A stretch of DNA of 32,000 nt. Origin: an uncultured beta proteobacterium. Lineage in GTDB: Bacteria; Pseudomonadota; Gammaproteobacteria; Burkholderiales; Burkholderiaceae. Below are positions 26,218-32,000 of this stretch, piece after piece (positions within the stretch are counted from its first letter, which is position 1; the number at the start of each line of letters is the position of its first letter). A program made the translations under genes and the position numbers. The DNA lies in contig CAVPTS010000018.1 of the NCBI GenBank assembly GCA_963708695.1, positions 16,260 to 48,259 of the forward strand, given 5' to 3'. The notes beneath the pieces are model-generated. The model had not been told where the DNA came from. It saw only the letters and a program-made list of their open reading frames with translations, and did not search any database.

Positions 26218-26868
26218 ATGAAGATTTCGCAGGGCATGGTCGAAAATGGCACCGTCGTGGGCAATACCTACGACAAGTATGGATCGAGAAATGTCATCGT
26301 TAGGCGGCTCATGCAGGGGTTCGAAAACTCGCTGACCGAGCTTGTGGACAAGATTTCCCCTCGATCCATTCATGAGGTTGGATGCGGTGAAGGCTATTGG
26401 GTCATGCATTGGGCGGGCCAAGGTATTGCATCCACCGGCTGCGACTTCTCCGGAAAAGTGATCGAGCTGGCCCGGGCCAATGCGTTGGAACGGGGCATGG
26501 CGCCTGATCTATTTTCCGTCGAAAGCATTTATGAATTACCCCATAGGCCGACAAAGCCCGAGCTGATCATTTGCTGCGAAGTACTCGAGCATCTGGAGCA
26601 TCCCGACAACGCCCTACGCGCGTTGCAAGCGGCAGCGAAGGAGTACGTCATTGTCAGTGTGCCTCGGGAGCCGATCTGGAGTGTATTGAACCTGGCGCGA
26701 GGCAAGTATCTGATGAGCGGCGGGAATACGCCCGGCCATATCCAACGATGGTCGGCTCCGGCGTTCAAAACCCTCGTGTCCCGGTACTTCGATATTCTGG
26801 AAATCCGGGCTCCGCTGCCCTGGACCATGCTGCTGTGCCGCGTGCCAAGCGTACCCCGTCCGAAATGA
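26218..26868 (+). CDS. Class I SAM-dependent methyltransferase
   Basis: Motif I is IHEVGCGEGYW. LIICCEVLEHLEHP is the post-II/III region. AGAAGG RBS. Confidence 0.85.
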   Translation: MKISQGMVENGTVVGNTYDKYGSRNVIVRRLMQGFENSLTELVDKISPRSIHEVGCGEGYWVMHWAGQGIASTGCDFSGKVIELARANALERGMAPDLFSVESIYELPHRPTKPELIICCEVLEHLEHPDNALRALQAAAKEYVIVSVPREPIWSVLNLARGKYLMSGGNTPGHIQRWSAPAFKTLVSRYFDILEIRAPLPWTMLLCRVPSVPRPK

Positions 26869-27734
26869 GCTCAACGCTGAAGCGCGTCCTGTCTTGGGGC
26901 GGCGGTGCGCTGGGTATCCTCGGCGTCGTTTTTGTGGCTCTGAAGCTGTTCGACTACGGCAATCACTTGCCGATGAACCGTATTGGCATGGGACAGTGGT
27001 TCGGCATTGCCGCCCTGTCGCTCTTGTACGGCGCATCGGGCTTTCTTCTCGCCATCGCGTGGCGGGACATCTTGCGACATCTCGGGGTCACAGTTCGCCG
27101 CGACTGGGCCGTCTGGGCATATGGCGTATCACAGCTCGCCAAGTATGTTCCGGGCAATGTGTTTCACCTCGCTGGCCGGCAGGCACTCGGCGCGTCGGCC
27201 GGCTTGCCACAGTGGCCGCTTGGCAAGTCACTGGCTTGGGAGCTCGGCACGATTGCGGTCATGGCCGGGCTGTTCGCGCTGTGGGTGATTCCATCGTTCC
27301 TGCCATTGCCGGCTTCGCTCGCTGCCGTTGCGTTCGCATGTGTCATCGGCAGTTCTATTGCAATCGTCCGCCGCAGGTTCAGTCCCGACCTTGCACGAGC
27401 TGCAGCACTTCAAACCACATTTCTCGCACTTTCCGGCCTCATCTTCGCAACGCTATTTAAGCTTTTGGGCGGCGAATGGAATGTGGTGGCTGTTTGTGGC
27501 GCGTATGTTGTTGCATGGCTGATTGGGCTGGTTACGCCTGGAGCACCGGCGGGAGTCGGGGTTCGAGAGGCCATCTTGTTTTTTTTGTTACGTCACGTTC
27601 TCGGCGAAGCGGATCTGCTCGAGATCATTCTTATTGGACGACTCGTCACCGCAGCGGGCGACCTGGCATTTTTTGTTACCGCGTCATTGTGCTTTTCAGG
27701 GCGGCCCACGGGGTTACGTGTTGAAACCGCGTAA
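26865..27734 (+). CDS. Flippase-like membrane protein (lysylphosphatidylglycerol-synthase TM domain / UPF0104 type)
   Basis: ATGA overlap with the methyltransferase stop. About 8 TM segments. AWRDILRHLGV...YVPGNVFHLAGRQAL resembles the conserved RW..LL and PG..G..R regions of this family. The ORF-track start at 26571 is an N-terminal over-extension. Confidence 0.7.
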   Translation: MSSTLKRVLSWGGGALGILGVVFVALKLFDYGNHLPMNRIGMGQWFGIAALSLLYGASGFLLAIAWRDILRHLGVTVRRDWAVWAYGVSQLAKYVPGNVFHLAGRQALGASAGLPQWPLGKSLAWELGTIAVMAGLFALWVIPSFLPLPASLAAVAFACVIGSSIAIVRRRFSPDLARAAALQTTFLALSGLIFATLFKLLGGEWNVVAVCGAYVVAWLIGLVTPGAPAGVGVREAILFFLLRHVLGEADLLEIILIGRLVTAAGDLAFFVTASLCFSGRPTGLRVETA

Positions 27735-27766
27735 CCCCAGATTTATAGACTAACCGGTACTTAACA

Positions 27767-29617
27767 ATGACGACACCCCCACCTAGAGTTCGCGCACGCC
27801 GAACTCTAGGATTAAATGCACTCTGCCTGATAGTGCTGCTTGCGCTTATCGCAGCGATCTACGGATCGATTCCGTTTTATTCGGCACCTGTGATGGGCCA
27901 ACTTGTCTGGGTGTCGTCATTCGCCCGATCCTTCGCGAACGAAGGTTGGCTCGCCGTGTTTTCGCACAACTTCGGTTACCCGCAGCCAGCGCCTATGGCC
28001 TTCGGCCTCCCGGGAGCGCTCGTAGAGGGCGCATTGCTGCGTCTTACGACACTGCGCGCCGTAGATGCGTACTCGGTCATGACCATCGGCTACCTGGCGC
28101 TTGCGGGCTGGGGTGCGATTCGTTGCGCGCAACAGATCGGGCTAAGCTACCGTGCGGCGGTTATCGCAGCCGTGGTATGGCTCACCATGCCAATGGTTTG
28201 GGCACATTCTGTTTACTCGATGCTGTCGATCGGCATTGCTTTGCTCCCCTTCTACTTAAACCAGTCTCTGCATGTTTGCCGTATCGACACCACTCGTATT
28301 GGGACCCTCGTTGTCCGATTCCTCAGTTTCACGGCAGCCGCAATCCTCTCGGTATTCATGGACGGCTATACGTTCGTGATGTTCGCGCTGGCAACCTGCA
28401 TCCTTCTCACCTCTGAAGGCTTGAGCGAACGTGGTCGCCTGAAATGGGTTGCCGTAACAAGCTTGCCGATTTGTGTCATGGGCTTTGCGATCGCGTATTT
28501 GCTGTACGTAAAATTTCTTGGTTTTCCAGTGTTTTCCCCTGAACCGCTCGATTTTTTCCGCGGTTGGGGGGTGGACATAACCATGCTGATCATTCCCACC
28601 AAGGGATTGTTCTGGCTCTGGGATCTCCTCGGCGCGGGACTGGACCGAAACGATGCGCTTTATTACGGCGACGTGTCGGTCTGGACGACGACGTTCTCAT
28701 TGTTTATCGGATTGTTTGGCTGCGCTGGCTTTCTCGTCGCCAAACGTCAGAAATATGCTGGTACCTTCCTCGTCATCGCGATCGTAGGAACCTATCTTTC
28801 GTTGGGCCCGTCCTTGAAGGTCTACTCGTTGCGGCCACACACTGATATCGTCGCCGGCCATTTTTCTCCATACATGCCAGCCGCCAACGCGGTCATGTCG
28901 ACGGGCAGTGGGTATCTGTCCGAGCACATACCAGGCTTTCGGAACATGCGCGCAAGCTATCGGTGGTTAGCTCTCGGCCTGTTCGGACTGTGGGCATTAT
29001 TTGCGATGTTGATTGGTGAACTAGATCGACGGGGCCGAATTCAAGTAGCACTCGCGCTCGTCGCCCTGACACTCGCCTGCAATTTCCCGAAACCACTCGT
29101 GACGACTCCTGGAACGGTCGTAAACCAGTCGGTTGCACGCGTGAAATTGCGAGCTCCGCATCATTGGCGGGAGTCGCTGATGGACATCGATGCGAGTCTG
29201 GTCGCATCGTTCAAACGCCTGATCCGGCCCGGAAGCGTGGTCGCCTTTGTGCCACAGGGTAACGACTTTCTTGCCGCATATCTGGCTGCTGAGGCAAATG
29301 CAAAGACGTTCAACGCGGGTGGTGACAAGAATGTCGAAATCGCAAAGGCAGCTTGGCCCGCGAACATTCAAGCACTGTTCGCCAGCGACCCCGAACACCT
29401 TGGCATGGCAATCAAACGCGTGCTCGAATCGCACGACACCGACTACGTCGTGCTTCCATTCATAGATCTACTTTGGGATGCCCACGAATGGCCTCCGGCC
29501 GCAACAAGTGTCGAAGCGGCGAAAGCACGGTTTGCCAGCGTCCTCGACCAGCTTCAGGCGGATACGAGATTCGTGGTGTCACGTGACCAGTACTTTGCGA
29601 CGGTAGCGCTGCATTAG
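27767..29617 (+). CDS. Large polytopic membrane protein with a C-terminal soluble domain (putative GT-C-type glycosyltransferase or polymerase-like)
   Basis: 616 aa with 10 or more hydrophobic segments in the first 440 aa or so, then a hydrophilic domain of about 170 aa. The layout resembles ArnT/PMT/GtrC/YfhO-type enzymes, but I saw no diagnostic DE/DxD loop motif. Confidence 0.6.
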   Translation: MTTPPPRVRARRTLGLNALCLIVLLALIAAIYGSIPFYSAPVMGQLVWVSSFARSFANEGWLAVFSHNFGYPQPAPMAFGLPGALVEGALLRLTTLRAVDAYSVMTIGYLALAGWGAIRCAQQIGLSYRAAVIAAVVWLTMPMVWAHSVYSMLSIGIALLPFYLNQSLHVCRIDTTRIGTLVVRFLSFTAAAILSVFMDGYTFVMFALATCILLTSEGLSERGRLKWVAVTSLPICVMGFAIAYLLYVKFLGFPVFSPEPLDFFRGWGVDITMLIIPTKGLFWLWDLLGAGLDRNDALYYGDVSVWTTTFSLFIGLFGCAGFLVAKRQKYAGTFLVIAIVGTYLSLGPSLKVYSLRPHTDIVAGHFSPYMPAANAVMSTGSGYLSEHIPGFRNMRASYRWLALGLFGLWALFAMLIGELDRRGRIQVALALVALTLACNFPKPLVTTPGTVVNQSVARVKLRAPHHWRESLMDIDASLVASFKRLIRPGSVVAFVPQGNDFLAAYLAAEANAKTFNAGGDKNVEIAKAAWPANIQALFASDPEHLGMAIKRVLESHDTDYVVLPFIDLLWDAHEWPPAATSVEAAKARFASVLDQLQADTRFVVSRDQYFATVALH

Positions 29618-29901
29618 TGTTGGATGGGGGAATCACCAAGCACGCATGTATGGAGAGGTTGTACTGAGCAATTTACCGATCCGCCCTGCCTGCCTTATGC
29701 GCTGCTCGCATTCGCGCTCGAACGGCAGCCACTGGCATATTTTATTTAGGGAACGGTGGAAAGGCCCTGAACGACAAACTACTCGGCTAAATGTGCACAC
29801 TTCGAAGCCAACCTCCGGGCATGTTTGCCGCCAGAGCCCACGCATTTGATTCAGTTATGAGCTGGGCGACAGTCTCAGGCACCAGAGTTGGCGGAACAAC
29901 T

Positions 29902-31773
29902 TCAACCAAGTCGACCCGACCGGACGCTCGTCAAAACCGGCGGCATCGTGGTCTGATACTCCGGTACCCATCGACGCAAGTCGCGACGTACCTCGTCGTC
30001 AGCCAGCACGCGATGCTGCATCAACCAAGGCAGCAATTCATCGAGGAAGTGATTCGGCACCTCGCGCGCCTGCGCGATCCGCAGTTTCGGATGCGGGGTG
30101 CGCGTGGTAGTTTCATCGTCGGCGAGAAGTTCTTCGTATAGCTTTTCGCCCGGCCGCAAGCCCGTGAACACAATCCGGATCTGCTCTTCCGAAAACCCGT
30201 ACAAACGAATCAGGTCGCGCGCCAGATCGACGATTCTCACCGGCTCGCCCATGTCGAGAATAAAGATCTCGCCGCCGCGTCCCATGCTCGATGCCTGCAA
30301 CACGAGTTGAGCCGCTTCCGGGATCGTCATGAAGAACCGCGTGATCTCCGGATGCGTCACCGTGACCGGGCCGCCCTTCGCAATCTGTTGCTGGAACTTC
30401 GGAATCACGCTACCCGCGCTGCCCAGCACATTGCCAAATCGCACGGTCTCGAACTGCGTGCGCGGCGCGGTCTGCTGTAATGCCTGACACGCCATCTCGG
30501 CGAGCCGCTTGCTCGCGCCCATCACGTTGGTCGGGTTGACGGCTTTATCGGTGGAAATCAATACGAAATGGCTGACCTGATGACGGATCGCCGCCCGTGC
30601 CACGCGCAAAGTGCCGAGCACGTTGTTGCGCACCGCCGCCCATGCGTTCTGCTCTTCCATCAGTGGCACGTGCTTGTACGCGGCCGCATGAAACACGATA
30701 TGCGGCGCAAAGCGCGACATGGTCTGATCGAGCAGCAGCGAATCCTTGGCATCGCCAATGACCGGGATCACCGATAAATCCGGAAAGCGCTCATGCAATT
30801 CTTCGATGAGCAGATACATTGCGTATTCGCTCAGGTCGTAGGCCACGAGTTGTGCCGGCGAGAAGCGCAGGATCTGCCGGCAGAGTTCAGAGCCGATAGA
30901 ACCGCCAGCGCCCGTCACCATCACCACGCGTCCATGCAGCAACGCCTCGACGTGCGGCATGTCGATCTTCACCGGCTCGCGCCCAAGCAAGTCTTCCAAA
31001 TCGATCTGACGAACCCGCGAGAGGAACGCCTGGCCTTGGGTCAGTACCGTAAGCGCGGGCAGCACCATCGCCTTGACGCCCGCGCGCACGCACATGGTCG
31101 CGACGCGCCGTTGCGCATCCACCGATGCCGACGGAATCGCGATAATCGCCGTATCGGCTTTAAGCTGCTCAGCCCAGAGCGGCAATTCGCTGAACGATCC
31201 CAGCACCTTGTGACCGAGGATCTCGCGGCCGCGCTTGGCGGGGTCGTCGTCGAGGAGACCGACCAGCCGCCATTCGCTCGAGCGCGCCAGTTCGCGCACG
31301 AGATTCGCGCCTGCCGTGCCCGCGCCGAGCACGATCACGGGCTTCCCCTTGCCGATCAACCCGCCATACAGATAAAACTCCTTCACCGCCCGGTAAAGCG
31401 CACGCGATCCGCCCGTGATCATGAACAGCAGCATCGGCGACACGATCAGCACGGAACGGGGAATGGTCGGCCACGGCTGCAGCATCGCCGCGCCGATCAT
31501 GACAATCATCGCGCCGCTGACGACCGCCTTGGCGATCCGCATGAGGTCGGGGAGGCTCGCGAACACCCACATGCCGCGATACAACCCGAAGACGCGGAAC
31601 ATCAGAGCGTAGATGACGACGACCCACACCAGCGCGTTGATGCCGCCGTGCCAGAAAGTGTCAGGGACCGAGCCATTGAAGCGTAGCGTGTACGCGGAGA
31701 GCCACGCGACGGCCACCGCCACGAGGTCGAATCCAAATGCTGCAATCGAGAGCCATGAAGGCTTAATTCGCAT
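29902..31773 (-). CDS. Membrane-anchored nucleotide-sugar 4,6-dehydratase/epimerase (CapD/WbpM/PglF/WbiI family)
   Basis: Four N-terminal TM segments and two Rossmann motifs (VIVLGAGTAGANL and VMVTGAGGSIGSEL). AAYKHVPLME and STDKAVNPTNVMGASKRLAE are hallmarks of the family. ATG at 31773 lies 2 nt after the upstream stop, while the ORF track extends to 31872. Confidence 0.92.
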   Translation of the reverse strand: MRIKPSWLSIAAFGFDLVAVAVAWLSAYTLRFNGSVPDTFWHGGINALVWVVVIYALMFRVFGLYRGMWVFASLPDLMRIAKAVVSGAMIVMIGAAMLQPWPTIPRSVLIVSPMLLFMITGGSRALYRAVKEFYLYGGLIGKGKPVIVLGAGTAGANLVRELARSSEWRLVGLLDDDPAKRGREILGHKVLGSFSELPLWAEQLKADTAIIAIPSASVDAQRRVATMCVRAGVKAMVLPALTVLTQGQAFLSRVRQIDLEDLLGREPVKIDMPHVEALLHGRVVMVTGAGGSIGSELCRQILRFSPAQLVAYDLSEYAMYLLIEELHERFPDLSVIPVIGDAKDSLLLDQTMSRFAPHIVFHAAAYKHVPLMEEQNAWAAVRNNVLGTLRVARAAIRHQVSHFVLISTDKAVNPTNVMGASKRLAEMACQALQQTAPRTQFETVRFGNVLGSAGSVIPKFQQQIAKGGPVTVTHPEITRFFMTIPEAAQLVLQASSMGRGGEIFILDMGEPVRIVDLARDLIRLYGFSEEQIRIVFTGLRPGEKLYEELLADDETTTRTPHPKLRIAQAREVPNHFLDELLPWLMQHRVLADDEVRRDLRRWVPEYQTTMPPVLTSVRSGRLG

Positions 31774-31775
31774 CG

Positions 31776-32000
31776 TTATCGTTCTAGAGTGAGGGTGAAT
31801 TGCCGCCAACGGCGGTCGATCTGCCAGCCAACCAATGCCAGGACGACGTACCACGCCCCGAACAGTGTCCATTGGACGACGGGCGGCACGTGAAGTGCTA
31901 CCAGTGCCACGCCGCCGCTACCCAACATGAGCAAGTAATACACCATAGCCACGCGCACGTGGCTTTCGGTCAGTCTCACCAGCCGCTGATAATAATGCTC
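31776..32000 (-). CDS. C-terminal part of a WecA/WbpL/MraY-family (GT4) polyprenyl-phosphate sugar-1-phosphate transferase, truncated by the window edge
   Basis: The frame is open to the window end. ...EHYYQRLVRLTESHVRVAMVYYLLMLGSGGVALVAL resembles the C-terminal H..HH.L...G.S....V region followed by TM helices in this family. It is tightly coupled to the WbpM-like gene, as in O-antigen loci. Confidence 0.55.
   Translation of the reverse strand, partial: EHYYQRLVRLTESHVRVAMVYYLLMLGSGGVALVALHVPPVVQWTLFGAWYVVLALVGWQIDRRWRQFTLTLER

Noticed and set aside
26571-26864. N-terminal 98-aa extension of the flippase-like ORF (the track starts it at 26571)
   Set aside because: The extension overlaps the 3' third of the methyltransferase gene in another frame. 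An ATG at 26865 gives an ATGA stop/start overlap and a sensible hydrophobic N-terminus.
30793-31686. 297-aa ORF on the + strand
   Set aside because: It lies entirely antisense to the well-supported WbpM/CapD-like gene. Its Arg/His/Asp-rich low-complexity translation is typical of spurious antisense ORFs in GC-rich coding DNA.
1-32000. CRISPR arrays, rRNA, tRNA, transposase/IS ends and integron attC sites
   Set aside because: I saw no regularly spaced short repeats with unique spacers, no rRNA- or tRNA-like sequence and no DDE-transposase-like translation. This was a by-eye scan only, and a covariance-model or HMM scan would be needed to be definitive.

Overview
The window is a mosaic with three parts.

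(1) Positions 1 to about 17.5 kb look like two tandem, related, partly decayed integrative-element-like segments. They are separated by three same-orientation copies of a short sequence: R1 269-333, R2 11126-11189 and R3 17448-17472.
- The first segment carries an intact mobility or maintenance module. It has a divergent HTH gene and a translationally coupled operon of a large serine recombinase, a ParB-N-domain protein and a ParB/RepB-like protein, with no ParA.
- It also carries an ImmA/IrrE-type metallopeptidase, a frameshifted ATP-dependent DNA ligase, a tight six-gene operon of small proteins (two DUF2158-like) and two arrays of short sequence motifs.
- The second segment has no recombinase. 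It holds paralogous remnants (a family-X gene and a ligase fragment), SRAP and PhoH pseudogenes, and a tandem pair of small membrane-protein paralogues.

(2) Positions 17.5 to 25.1 kb contain orphan genes and a protein with a ParB-type HTH region but no ParB N-domain. Next to it are two direct repeats of about 270 bp that contain a TTGAACNTTTGAAC motif. A stretch of about 2.9 kb follows with no convincing genes.

(3) Positions 25.2 to 32 kb are an envelope-polysaccharide locus.
- On the + strand is a cassette of a GT2 enzyme, a SAM methyltransferase, a flippase-like protein of the MprF/UPF0104 type and a 616-aa polytopic membrane protein.
- It converges on a WbpM/CapD-type dehydratase gene and the 3' end of a WecA/MraY-family gene on the - strand.

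I found no rRNA, tRNA or CRISPR array by eye. All family assignments come from motifs read in the translations, and no database search was possible.
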